A stretch of DNA of 64,000 nt from the human T2T-CHM13v2.0 reference genome, Homo sapiens: assembly GCF_009914755.1 (NCBI RefSeq), contig NC_060929.1; one strand, 5' to 3'. Below are positions 29,561 to 46,243 of this stretch, piece by piece. The notes under the pieces were generated by a model. The model was given only the letters and a program-made list of their open reading frames with translations, ran no database searches and had not been told where the DNA came from. Position numbers and translations under genes: made by a program. Within the stretch, counting starts at the first letter, position 1; each line of letters opens with the position of its first letter.

Positions 29561-30567
29561 CTACGGATCAAAAATGAAAAAACAATTTTAATCTATGCAA
29601 CTGGCTAAAACACACAAGGTGGTATGTCTCTAGCACAAATGCTTTTTTAAAGATCCCTCACATGATAAAAATTTATGTTCATCAATAAAATTGTCAATTG
29701 AGCTATTTTTCTTCCTTGCCTAAAAGCTGAAGTGTTATAATTAACAGCAGAAAGGTTCTGTTTAGCTAAATAGGGAATTGTCTTCTCATTCTGGGTCAAC
29801 TTCTAAGATGGCTGAGGAATAAAGTTTAAACCAATATTTCACTACAATGCCAATATAAAAATTAAGAATCTGATCCACTTACGAATGAAATAAGATCTAG
29901 GATTTGCTTCAAAGTGGGAGGGGAAGTATGGACTAGGGATATAAAAACAAGAACGGCCACATGTAGCTTACTGTTGAGGCCATGAGGATTCATTATACCA
30001 TTCTCTGTATTTCTGCAAATGTTGACAACTTTTTTATTGGGGAAAAAAAAAAACAAAAACAAAAACCTAATAAGGTTTATCATCTGTTAATCCCCAAGGG
30101 CAAAGAAATGCATAAAGCTGCTCGAGTAACTAAAATTTCATCACGGTATAAATGGAAGGAGACCTTTTGGCTGCTACATCCAGGTTGCTAACACAACCTT
30201 GATAGCAGCAGTAGTTTCCAGCTAATGTTGTTTCCACCACTGTCACCTTTGGCAGTTTCCAACCTTTTCATTAATGGCAGAAGGCTGAGTGGGCGAGTTT
30301 TACAAAAGATAATAGACTTGAGCAACAACTTTCACATCTCAATGCCTGGAATACCACCCGAAGCGCTTTAAAGTTTACCAAACAGTTAAAATCTAATAAT
30401 AACTACACTGCTTGTATGAAATTTAACCTTCTCCAAACAGAGTAAATGAAAAGCCACATAAAAAAGTTATGACTACAAAACAGAAGCATTTTGTGAAGGG
30501 GTTAAGTTCTAAAGTCAGTGAGTGCATAGAAGAAAAAAAAAGTCATACATGGTCAAAACACCCTTAG

Positions 30568-30894
<327 letters not shown>

Positions 30895-30948
30895 TAGGAG
30901 AAAGACCAACATTGCCAATTGTCCACTTGTCCCTTTACTGTTGGTGCT

Positions 30949-31304
30949 TGATATGGTTTGGCTGTGTCCCCACCTAAATCTCAACTTGAATTGTATCTCC
31001 CAGAATTCCCATGTGTTGTGGGAGGGACCCAGGAGGGAGGTAACTGAATCAATGGGGCCAGTCTTTCCGGTGCTATTCTTGTCATAGTGAATACGTCTCA
31101 CGAGATCTGATGGGTTTATCAGGGGTTTCCGCTTTTGCTTCTTCCTCATTTTTCTCTTGCTGCGGCCACGTAAGATGTGCCTTTCACCTCCCGCCATGAT
31201 TCTGAGGCTTTCCCAGCCTTGTGGAACTGTAAGTCCAATTAAATCTCTTTTTCTTCCCAGTCTCGGGTATGTCTTTGTCAGCAGCATGAAAATGGACCAC
31301 TATA
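30949..31304 (+). mobile_element. THE1 solo LTR (MaLR)
   Basis: TGATATGGTTTGGCTGTGTCCCCACC start; 5-bp TSD GTGCT. Confidence 0.92.
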
Positions 31305-31351
31305 GTGCTACCACTTCAAATAACCATCATTTGGAGGTCATGTTTTACACT

Positions 31352-31693
<342 letters not shown>

Positions 31694-34600
31694 TGATACT
31701 TAGCAAAAGTTGCATGTACTATGAGAGGCAGTCAGGAAGTAAAACCAGCTGCAGAAATAGCAGATTCATGTGCCTTTTTCATTCACATATAGTGTTCATT
31801 GAATAGAAGGATAAACTCTAATACATTAGATTTTTGTCACGCATTTGAATTCAAGTTAAACATTCTACTATAATAGGAGGTATTAATGTTGATGCATTTA
31901 TTTACTAATCATAAATATTATCACTGTGACTCTGAGGATTAAGTGAATTAATCAAATTCACCTAGATTGGTGAAGAGCACATAGTAAAGCACAGAATGTT
32001 CAACAAATGAATTACATTTTAAATTTCTAGGAGAATACTGAGTCATATTCCAAATGCAACAGCCATGTATTCATACATAAAGGGACTAAAGTATAAAAAG
32101 CATCCAAAATGAATGATAAAAAGCTGTATTTCTTGGCACCTAGGATGGTACTCCAGTTAATAAGCTAATAGCCACCAGCTGCATATATGATATGTGATAG
32201 ACACCATAAGGGCTTTGCCTGCATCTTGTTTAACCTAGAACATTTTGAGGTAAGCATCACTATCCTCCCTGCATAGAAGAAACAGGCACAGAGTAGTTAA
32301 GTCACTTTGGTTATTCATTCAAAATGGTGTGGCTGCTGAGTACCTACTAAGTGCCAAAGACTGTCTTAGGGGATGGGATACTGCCATGACATGAATATCT
32401 GCCATGAATAAAGCAGACAAGGCTCTCCTCTCATGGAGCTCATACCCCATGATGGAAGACACATTCAGAAGTTGAAATATACTACAAAAAAAAAAAAAAA
32501 AAAAAAAGCAAAAAGCCAAGTAGAGATTCTTAGAGTTAATATATAAACTAAGAAAGAAAAAAAGATCCAGCCATACAAATATCTAAGGAAAGATATTCTC
32601 TTTCTATGGGCACAAGAAGCACACAGGCCCCAAGGAGGCCTAATAACTTTGAAAAAGACAATAACTAGAATACAGAAACTGAGGATGGGTGGTAACTAAT
32701 GAGGTCAATGAGGCAGATAAGGAGATCTTAGAGGGCTTTGGGGGCCAAATTAAGGAAACTGGCTCTTAAGGAAGTAGGAAAAACAGGATGGGGGAAAGAG
32801 GGTTTGAACAAGGAAGGACCATGCACCAACTTAAGTGACTGTGCATGGTCACAAAACTGATTAGAAGAACTGAGCGCAGAACAAAGCCTATATTTTTAAC
32901 CTCTCTGTGAAACTCAAAATAAAGGACAAAAGCTTAAAACCCAATTTTATGTACAAAGATGTTCATTGCCAAAAAATCCACGTAACAATCCATTAACAAG
33001 GAATTGGTTAAATACATTATCATATATCTGTATAATGGAATATTATAGCCATTTAAGAAAACAAGAGACAACAGTACTTACCTCTAGAGTGAGAAAATGT
33101 TCCCATTATAAATATTGACATTATAAAATTGTGAAAGCAGTTAGGCATAATTGTACACATTCATATACTTAATGTTAACTACATACATGCGTGAATTTTA
33201 TAACTAAAAACTAGTCTTAAGTTTTTGATATACAGTTACTAGTTTTACAGACTTGTAGTATCCTACCACTATTAATGACAAGGAACAGCAGAAAGGCAAA
33301 GGTACGGGTCCCAGCTGAAAGTACTAATTTCCTGTTTCCATCAAATGTCATTCTTTGTGGCAAAAATGCTGCTTAGAGCGCTGATTTGCAATCTTTTTTT
33401 TTTTTTTTTTAAAGTCAACAGAACTCTCTTTTAAGAAAATGTAAAATCTGATCAGTAAAAGAAGAAAGTAGAACTGCTCTGAATATAGCAGAACAGAGGA
33501 TCCAGAGCCTGCCATTTTAAGCAAAAAAAGGAGGCATAGAGTATTTGGAACAGACAGGCACTCCAACGTGTTTGAATCAAAGCCTGCATTACTTCTCTAG
33601 CACCAGATTTTTTAAAGCCACAAATTTCTTCAGTCTTCAATGTGGAGTCAAATGGCTTCCAAACAGAGATATTTTCAAGTTTTATTTTTCTTAGAATTCT
33701 ATGGGAGATTGGGAGAAATAGAAAATGTACTTTTTCATGGTAGGTACTCTATATACATTGTCAAGAGATGAGAACCTATTACAGAACCGTGGGAATAAAA
33801 GAAAACTGATCAGACACTACAGAGAGTGAATATAGTCACGACTACTTTAGCTAGCTGGATTGAATTAAGGCAAGGGTGTGCAGGAGAGGTGAGTCAATAT
33901 GCCACCAAGTTCTTAGTGTAAGCAGCTAGTTAGAAGAGATTCGCATGAGATAAATAATTCTTACACTGTGTATAGATTTTATACTTGCATTTGAATGTGA
34001 GGTCCTCAAGAAGTGGTCAAATAAATGAAAATGTATGCCTAGAGTTCACTAGAGTTCAAAGGAATAATTAGATGTCAGGGTTATTAGCACATAAATAAGT
34101 GATAGATTCTATGGAATAGGCGGGATTAGCAAAGGAGGTAATAAAATGGAAGAAAGAACGTCACCAACTGTCATCTGAGGGGAAAAGGAATGATCTGCAA
34201 GTTGGGAGGATAAAGTACTGCCACAGAAGCCAAAGAGGTAGGGGAGAAGAGGTGCTCATAACAACAAATGCTACAGAATAAATTCATAGGTTGAAATCTG
34301 GAAGAGAATTATCATTGCAGAGTCTCGGGAGTGAAGGAGATTATACTCAGAGAGAAAAAAGAACAAAACTAGTACCTCAAATACTTAGTTCTTAAAACAA
34401 TGGGAGGGAGCTTCTGATAGACTAAAAAGGTACCTTTGCACCTAGCACAGGACCTGGCACATGGGGATTTATAAACTGAATAGATCCTACAGTGCTCAAA
34501 GTTTTAAAATGAGATTTAGGAAGATAAATTTAAAAATCGGAAGAACATCAGTCACAAAAATAGTATCAATACAATTAGGGAGATCAGACTGCAGAGGTCT

Positions 34601-36249
34601 GAACAGTGAGAGACAGTGAATAATTTTACCTATTGGAGAATGATACTACTGCAAGGCAGAACAAAAACTGGGAAGTAACTTGAAGAGGGATTCTCTTAGA
34701 AAAAAAGCTCGTTTTTTTGCAGGGGAGGAAGGGGACTTCTGTCTCTTCATCAATGCTTTATGAATTCCTATGTTAAATTTTTGGCTCTGGTAAGTGAACT
34801 GTGACAAATATTCAAGGCATAATGGTTTGTCTGAGAAGAAATAATGGCCAGGGATAAATGGATATAGCAACTCACTGGTAAGAAGACATGGAAAGTAGGA
34901 AATTCTAGCAGCAGGATTAGAGGAAGAACTGAAGATAAAAGGGCTTGGTGCCTTGAAAGAGTTAAGAAAGCACAGCAGAAGACTACCATAAAGGCTGTTA
35001 GAAAAAGGATACCAGGAAATAGATTTTCATGTGTAGAACAAAAGCAGATTCAATAAATGTCTGCAAACTGAGCCAGGAGACTACTAGAATAGAGACTCCA
35101 TGAAGACAGGAATTTCTGTCCATTTTGTTTGTTGCTGTATCACCGGTGCTTGACTCATGATAAGTACTTGACTATTTGTTGAATGAGTGAATGTAGCTAA
35201 CTTTGGATTATGGCTACTAAAAGGAAATGTTTCCTTTGCAACAAGAGCTTATCCTAAGAGTCGGGGGAAAAAAGGATCCTGCTGTTCTATGACTAATTGG
35301 ATTGAGAAAAACTCTCTTAGCCTTAACTATGGGTAAAGATTAGGGTAAACCAGTAAGGCTAGAGAATATACCAGAACAGGGGTAGTAAGCCTGAGTGCCT
35401 GTAGAATTCAGGTAGATTACAAATGAATGAAATAAGCCAGAAAGCAAATTAGAGCTCACAGACTCCATCTAAAGAGAATGCCTCTACTCAGCTCCAACCA
35501 ATTTTTGCTGTATCAAAATGCCAGTCCACTAAGGCCAGATTTTATGACAAACCAGAACATTCAAGTTTCTAATATCTAATTTAGGTATTGGTTAATTAAA
35601 TAAAACAACTTAAAGAAAAAACAAACCCATTCAGGGCTAGAGAAGACACCTGCAGGCCACACAGGTTTCCAGGTGCCAGGCTGCAATCTGTTTTGGTAAA
35701 TTGAGCACAGGAGGTGCTGATCTATTAGAGGATGGCAAGGAATGCCTAAAAGATGCAGTGGCTCAAAGTAGGTGGACTAACATGACTTTATATACTGCTC
35801 GACAGCCCCAAAGTCACTTGAACCACGTAAAAATAGTTGATACACGATTATTACATACACAAACACACCCCTGTATCCCTCCATCATAAAACAGCCCAAG
35901 TCAATAGGGAAGAAAATAAATGGGAACCTGCTTGTAGCTGCTAGAACAAGCATCCTTAAGAGTTTATTCAACCTCTTACAGTGGCTCTAATGGTTCTTTT
36001 CCTCTGTGAGCTAAATACAATTTTCTGGCAAGAACTCAAGATGCTCTCATTTCTACCTTACACGATAGATGGCCTTTTTCACCCCATATCAATTGCTTTT
36101 CCTGCTATGCCTGTATCTTTTTCTTTCCAATCCCAAAGCTTTTTCCTATACAGCATAAGAATCATGGAGTATCTAAAACATGGAACACAGCTTTTTCCAT
36201 ACTTTTACTGTCAAATATGGAAGGAGAGCCAAAAAGAGGTAATAAAAAA

Positions 36250-36905
36250 GGTGTGTCATTATCAGTTATAAGGGAAATATAAATTAAAACCACAACTAGA
36301 TACTATATGCCCACCAGAATGGTTAAACAGAAAATACCAAGTGCCGACCAGGAAGCAGAGTAACTGGAAATCATACACTACTCAGAATGTACAGTGGAAC
36401 AATCTCTGGAAAACTACTTGGCAGTCTCTGCTAAAGCTGGCTACCCTAAGTCCCAGCAACTCCATACCTTGGTAATATACCAAACAGAAATAAAGGCATA
36501 CAGCCAGCAAGACACAAAATGTGCCCTATTCATAATAACCCAAGAGTGAAAGCTACCAACGTTCATCAACAGACAAATGGGATATATTCATGCAATGGAA
36601 TGTTATAAAAATAAGTCACCTCCAATTATATGCTACAATATGGAGTAATCTTGATATTGAAAGTGAGAAAGAATATATTCTATATGACTTTATTTATATA
36701 AACTTTGAACACAGGCAAAACTATCCTATGAAGTCAAAACAGTGCTATACTTGGACATCAAGAACAACTGGAAGGAGACAGAGTGGGTTTTCGGGATGTT
36801 GATAATGTTCTATTTCCTGACTGGGATGCTGGTTAGTTGAGTGTTCACTTTATGAGACTGAGCTAACACTTAAGTACACTATTCTCTGCTATACTTCAAT
36901 AAAAC
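36250..36905 (+). mobile_element. L1ME-like 3' remnant
   Basis: Degenerate L1 3'-end motifs (AAATTAAAACCACAA...CTTCAATAAAA). Confidence 0.6.
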
Positions 36906-37477
36906 TAAGAAGATAGGAAAGACAGGATTTAAGCTAAAGTATCATCAATCATTTCTCCAATGATTCCCTCCCACTTCTCTATAATTAATCCCTATGCATT
37001 TACTCATCTGGGTTTATCCAGTACAACAAATTCCTTTCTACATATTCCAACTGTGCTTTGTACGGCTATTTAAGAAAAGTGACTATTTTTTAAAGTTGTT
37101 ATATAAGTGACAAAGAAAAACTGAAAGTTTAAACATTCTTTATACCTATGTAAATACTTTATCACAACCCCGTAGGACATTTCTGCATACAATAATTAGG
37201 ATCAAAACTATGTCTATTTTAACATAATGGAATAATCACTAGAAACAAGAACACAGATGTGTATCTCAAGCTTACATTCTAATACCTTGAATATAACTAC
37301 AAAATGTATTTCTGAATCAGCTTTGTTTCCTTCTGAGTTCAATAATTCAAAACATTCACAATAAAAAAATTTTTTTACGTGTAGTACAGAAAGCACAAAC
37401 ATACTCTGATTAACAAAGTAACAACCACATTATTCCAGTAAATTAACCCAGAGTTGTAGGAAAAAGGGTGTACTTAC

Positions 37478-37647
37478 TGTGTAACTGGAAGAATAACCTG
37501 AAGGGTAAAATTCAGGGGCATTCACAGACAGCTTAGACATTAATACAGGAGCTACAACCACCTGGGGCTTAGCCATTGCTGACTCCGAGTTCTGCTGTGG
37601 GATTTTATCCTGTGAACTAGGTGGAGCTCTCAGGGGCCTCGTTTGCT
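37478..37647 (-). CDS. PAIP1: PAIP1 exon 2 (PAM2 motif SKLSVNAPEFYP; internal Met113 ATG at 37576)
   Basis: CAG acceptor, GTAAGT donor, 170 nt. Confidence 0.97.
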
Positions 37648-38229
37648 CTGCAAAAGAAAAAAAAACGGGGCGTCAGATGCATTCTTTCCTTTGTACAGCA
37701 ACTTGCTATATACTGAAAAACCATCTGAAAAGCGTCTGTTTTTAAGAGTTAAACAGGAACCATCATGAAATTTATGGTTATCGCCGGAATGTGTACAGAC
37801 AGCCTACAAAAAGGAACAATAGACTTGCTGTGACTCCGTTATGGGCATACCTGCCTCTCAAATGAGTGCTTGCGAGCTTTTTTCCTCTCTGTCGTTTTAA
37901 AGGGGTCGGTGGAAAAGAGGTGGTTACTCGCCAGGGTCTCGCTTTAGAGGGCTGCTGAGGGGAGGCGATTTTTACTTCCTCCCGGGACCCCGAACTCCGA
38001 GACCGCGCACCCGGCCCCTCCCCCCAGCCAGGAGCACAAAGGATTCCAGCAGACACCTTCCAAACCCGGTTCCGGGCCCGTCCCTACCCGGTCACGCGGC
38101 CCTCTCGGGGAATGCTTTCGGGGAACCGGGGGTGGGGACCGCAGACAGCGCGTCGGGCCTCGGCACGCGTGGAGGGCCGTGGGGAAGCGTTCGCCAAGGA
38201 GGACTGGGGCCCTTAGAGCTGCTCCGTAC

Positions 38230-38494
38230 CTGGGAGCGCCCCGGGCCGGGAAGGCCGCTGGGGGCTGGCGGGGACCTCGCACTGGGCCCCTGGCGGCGGG
38301 GTCGTCCTGGGCTGGCGCAGCGGCGGTGGCTGCAGGAAGCCCGGGGCTTTGGGTTGCGGCGGCTGGTGCCGCGCCCGCTCAGCAGGCCCCGCTCCGTTCG
38401 GGAAACCGCCGCCCTCAGGCCCGCCCCCTCCGCGGCCCAGGCCCCGGCTCCGGCCCCGACCAGCACCTGGGGCCCGATCGAAACCGTCCGACAT
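38230..38494 (-). CDS. PAIP1: PAIP1 exon 1 coding part (MSDGFDRAPGAGRGRSRGLGRGGGG...GALP)
   Basis: ATG with -3 A at 38494; CAG|GTACGG donor; 265 nt; matches the recalled PAIP1 N-terminus. Confidence 0.97.
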
Positions 38495-38987
38495 GCTCCT
38501 CCTCCTCCGCCTCCTCCTCCAGGGGCCGCTGCCGCTGCGCTCGCGATAGGACGCGGGGGGAAGGCGCCGCGGGTCGGCTATAGCCGCCGCGCCTCACTCG
38601 GGCCTCATGGAGGAGGAGGGCGGCGGGCCCCGGCTCGGCTGCTCGGTGCTTCTGGCGGAGCGGACGGCAGCCCGAGCACCCGCCGCTCCAGAGCGCCCGC
38701 CCCGCTCGGCTACCCTCGGCTTTCCAGTTCTCCCCCAAAACCCGGCTCCCCGCCTTCGGCGCGGCAGGGGCGCAAGCGGGTCACAGCGGCCCCCTGCGGC
38801 CCGGAGGCCCGGGACGCGCCCGCGAGGATCCTCCAGTTCGCGGCTGGCCGGCCGCCGGGCCCAGCAGGCCGCCCGCCGAGTGGCGTCTTGGCCACCTGCC
38901 GGCCCGCAGCCAGGCTCGGGCAGGGGCATCTCGGTTCCGGGGCCAGGCTGCAGGGGATGAGGGATGAGGGGTGAGGGGGACGCTTAC

Positions 38988-39150
38988 CACAGGCAGGCCC
39001 GACCTACTCGGTAGTTCTCAGGAGAGACGTGCGAGACCGACAGTTGACGCCCGGGAAATAAAAACACGGGGGGAGGGGGCGTGGACCCTGCGCCAGGGTT
39101 CGCTGGCGCACAGGTGTGTTCAATGACTCGGCTCCGGCCGAGACCCGCGG
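38988..39150 (-). other. PAIP1: Probable alternative upstream non-coding first exon (5' end uncertain)
   Basis: Strong donor GTG|GTAAGC at 38987 inside the CpG island; joining exon 2 would give a 367-aa protein from Met113. Confidence 0.65.
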
Positions 39151-39385
39151 ACTGCTGAGGAGTGGTCCCTGGGAGACTGTCACCTGCTCCGTTAGCATCG
39201 GGGGAAGGGAGTAGAAACGGAATCAAAATATGTGTCCCCTCTTTAATTCACCCTAGGTGTTTACCACAGTAGGTCACACCTACGTTTAACAAGCTTCGTT
39301 CTCTTCCCGTTAACCTTCCCCTCCAGAAATTTCAAGAAAATGTGCTACCTTTCAGTGTAACTCTGCCCTCTTTTTCATCTTGCAT

Positions 39386-40010
<625 letters not shown>

Positions 40011-40424
40011 ATTCTAGATTTTATTAATATGTAAATTGTTGTTTTTGTCAGGCCTGACAGTATTAATGCCAAATAAAGGATAGATGAATATAAGTAACGA
40101 CAAGGAAGGAAAAATTGATTTCTTTACTGTTGGATTGATCCATCTCCATAAATTCTGATTTTAGCCTTTTGTTTCAAGCAGGGTTTCATGTTTTTCTATC
40201 TTTTCATCTTAAGAATCATTTCAATTAGGGACACAAACTCTTGTTAACCGTTTTCTCTTCTCATTAATAAAGAAAACAATGTCTTCCCCTAAACGAATGA
40301 GAAAATGGCTTCACCGAGGGCAATCATGAATAAATGGTTCATGCTATTGATGTTAGGCAAAATAATGAAGTCAGGGAAGGAAGCCAGCAGTACGTGTGGC
40401 TCTTCGGTGTACGGAAAGTTTAGG

Positions 40425-40545
40425 ATTCAGTCTGCCAGAGCTTAGTTGGGATTCCACTCTTGACTATTGCTGTCTGTGTGATTTTGAGTAAGTAAGGGGT
40501 TTAGCTTCTCTGAGCCTCACTTTCCTCATCTGTAAAATAATAACT
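40425..40545 (+). mobile_element. MIR core fragment
   Basis: CTCTGAGCCTCACTTTCCTCATCTGTAAAAT core. Confidence 0.7.
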
Positions 40546-41864
40546 GTGTGGTAACACTCAGCATATATTGCAGAGACAAGATTACAATTTAAAAATTACA
40601 ATTTTAATATTTTCAAATTCATTATTGTATGTGGTCACCAGTCACTTCTTGCCTGGACTTTTTTATCATACAGGAAAGACCCATAAACTATGCTAAAAAA
40701 CTAACAATGAGTTATGTTCCACTGAAGTAGATGCCCCAACTCTGCCCCAAGCTTTTGTTTGCACTCACCACCTTTTCATTTCCCCTTAAAACTTTTATGA
40801 TGAACAGCACCTTTTCTAACACCTGGGACTTTCCCATGTGAAGATAAGGCCATTCTGCATCCATGGTGATGTCACGACATCTTCACACCCTCTTGTTAGG
40901 AAAATTAGGTAAGATATCCTTTGCCTTCTCTGTATTTGTTACTGTATAACTTTTGCCCTATTCTTATAATGTGTGGATGGTGGACTTGGAGATAACACGA
41001 ATGGATTTTGCATCATGATAATAAAAATATCTAATATTTATTATGCGTCAGTCACCTTTTAAGAGCTTTTATTTTATCATTTTATTTTATCCTCATATCC
41101 TGTGAGATAGACATTCCAATATTTTCACTTTACATAAAAGGTGCCAAGATACCGCAAGGGCTCAGATCCATCTTGGGACTGTTTTAGAGCTAACTGGCAG
41201 GTATTGCAAAATGCATAGACAGAAACACATGAACGTGTGAACACCATGTGGAACTCCCTAAAGAGAATCATCAAAGTGCTCCTCATCCACGTGTATGCCT
41301 TTTTTATTAATTTATGGTGAAAGGAGAGTAGAACTAAATTTGGACAAATTGGAAAATATGTTGTAATATGGAAAAGGACCTGCTGTGAACTATGAAAAAA
41401 ATGTTTCCTTAAACTGTACTTGAAAGGCATTCTCCAGTAAGACTTCCCAAGCTGCCTAATCTTAGATTCTCTCCCTTGTGATAAGTATACCCTGGGAAAA
41501 CTGTCTTGGTACTTAGCATGCCAGATTGTTATCGTTAGTATTTGGTTTATTTAAATGTCTCCTTCCCTAAACTAGCCCTCTGAAGACAGAGGATGCCTTT
41601 TAATCCTTTAGGTCCAACCCAGTACTTAGTCCATAATAAGCTTTTAACAGAAATAGGACTCACCTGCAATGGTCCTGCCTTTCCTTAGGTCACCAGTCTA
41701 GTGATGGTAAAAAAAAAAAAAAAAAAAAAAAAGACTGTTTTTTTAGAACTTATTGACCTCAGGATCATCATTAGACCTTATGGGAGTAGACAGTACAGCC
41801 TTCAAGGCCAGCTAACAGGAGAAAATTTTCATAAATATGCAAGAGGAAATATTTGCAAACCACA

Positions 41865-42297
41865 TGGTATAGTTTGTATATTTGACCCTCCAAGCCTCCT
41901 GTTGAAACTTGATCCTGAATGTTGGAGGTGGGGCCTAATGGAAGGCGTTTGGGTCATGGTGGCAGATTCCTCATGAATGGCATGGTGCCATTCTCACAGT
42001 AACGAATGAGTTATGGTTTTACTAGTTCCCAAGGAGTTTCCCCAAGAGCTGGTTGTTGAAAAGAGCCTGGCACACTCCCCCTGTCTCATGCTTCCTCTCT
42101 TGCCATGTAATCTCTGCACACTGTCTCCCCTTCACTTTCTGCCATGCATAGAAGCAGGCTGAAGCCCTCACCAGAAGCAGATGTTGGTGCCATGCTTCTA
42201 GTACAGCCTGCAGAATAGTGAGCCAAATGAAACCCTTTTCTTTATAAATTACCCAGCCTCAGCTATTCCTTTATAGCAACAAAAATGGATGAAGGCA
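41865..42297 (+). mobile_element. MST-type MaLR solo LTR
   Basis: TGGTATAGTTTG start; AAATTACCCAGCCTCAG..CTTTATAGCAAC end. Confidence 0.85.
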
Positions 42298-42299
42298 CC

Positions 42300-43630
<1,331 letters not shown>

Positions 43631-44014
43631 TTAGAAACCTAACATATAAATAAACTTCGTTCCATGTTATTCCATCACTCCTAATTCTCTCCTAGCTAGT
43701 TCAGTTCACTCCTTTCTGCACAAATCATCATGGCAACTTACATATCATTATAAATGAGTGGGGGCATCATTAAGAGAGAAAAAAATTAGCTGATGCATTT
43801 GTCCTTGTGTTTCTCATCTGTGTAAATTATCTTCCTCTGGCCACTATTAAAAGTAACCCCAGGCAGTCAGCTCTTGAGACTCCCATCTGGATTAGGGCCC
43901 CAATTCATCTTAGAGTCTAAGATAGCCAGGAATGCTGCTTGGAATCTCCTCAATATCTACTGATACTTGTTTAACGTTGATCTCTTAGCTGTACTGTAAA
44001 TTCCACGAGGCTAA

Positions 44015-44865
<851 letters not shown>

Positions 44866-45885
44866 ATAGGAATTCATTCATTCACTTGTTAATTCAACAA
44901 ATACTGATTTTGTGTCTACTTCATGCCAGCAGTGTTCCAGGTGCTGAGGATATGCAGGGGTGTGAGATTAGTAGGTTTGAGGCATATGAGACATGAAGCA
45001 GGGAAACAAGTTCGGTGGCTATTGCAGACGTTCTGGTGATAAATGATGGTGTCTAGTAAGGTGGTGCTAGTGGGTTTGGAGGGAAAGGCCACACTGAAGA
45101 GATGTTGAGGAAGAAGTTGACAGATTGTGTGTGAGGCATTAGTGAGAGGCCAGAGATCAGGGTGAGTTCCAGGATTCTGGCTTTGGTGCCTCAGCCTGTA
45201 AGATGGAAAATACCAAAAGGAAACAGATTTAGGGATAGACGCCAAGGAAAATTTCTGCTTTGGCCTCTGAAGTTTCACTGAAAAATTTGCTGACAAAAGG
45301 CAGACTAATTGGAGAAAAGACATACAAATTTCTTAACATGTACATGGGGGAGAACCATAGAGTGATCACTCCAACCCCTAATGGGGTTCAGAAGCTTATA
45401 TACCATATTGAGGTGACAGGAAGAATGGGGGCTTAGATTGTGACAAAACAGGTTACAATGACAAAACAGGTTATGGGAGACAGAGATAAGAGGAAGCCTG
45501 GCTAGCAAAGGTGGTCTCGTTATATAGATGAAACCTAATAGGTAGCAGACCTCAGAGAGGCTAGATGGTGAATAATTTTTCAGAACTTTAAAGTCGTCAA
45601 ACTCTCAGTTAATCTTTTCTTGATATAGACATTGGAAGGCCTCAGAAAGAACCTGGCTGCATCAATACAGATTTTCTCTACAGATGCAGCTCTCCCCCAC
45701 AAAAGGCAGCTTTGCAGGGATACTTCTATTTGCAGGCCCTCTGAACAGCCATGGCAAAATATGTCAAATAAATACATTTTGGGGTGAAATATTTTTATTT
45801 CCTTCAGTCCTCATTTTGAAACTTTAAGAAGGTTTACATATTAAAAAGCCGAGTTGATAGCTTTGGAGAAATTTGGATCAGAGGT

Positions 45886-46243
45886 TTTATTAGTCTATTC
45901 TCATGCTGCTGATAGGCATACCCGAGACTGGGTAATTTATAAAGAAAAAGAGGTTTAATAGACTTACAGTTCCACATGGCTGGGGAGGCCTCACAATCAT
46001 GGAGGAAGGAGAAAGGCATTCTTACATGGCAGCAGACAAAAGAGAACGAGAACCAAGGAAAAAGGGAAACCCCTTATAAAACCATCAGATCTCGTGAGAC
46101 TTATTTACTACCACGAGAATAGTGTGGAGGAAACTAACCCATGATTCAATTATCTCCCACCACCTCCCTCCCACAACACGTGGGAGTTCTGGGAGCTACA
46201 ATTCAAGATGAGATTTGGGTGGGGACACAGCCAAACCATATCA
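45886..46243 (-). mobile_element. THE1 solo LTR
   Basis: Reverse THE1 ending CAGCCAAACCATATCA; TSD GAG(G/T)T. Confidence 0.9.

Larger units (their letters stand above)
37930..39230. promoter_or_regulatory. PAIP1: CpG island / PAIP1 promoter
   Basis: Very high GC and CpG density over the first exons; GC boxes. Confidence 0.92.

Noticed and set aside
30106-30142. Resemblance to exon 5 (AAATGCAT..TCGAGTAACT..TTCATC)
   Set aside because: Short gapped matches with no frame or splice-site correspondence; compatible with chance
38132-38974. 280-aa plus-strand ORF antisense to PAIP1 exon 1
   Set aside because: Non-ATG start, low-complexity Gly/Pro/Arg/Ala content; long stop-free frames are expected in CpG islands
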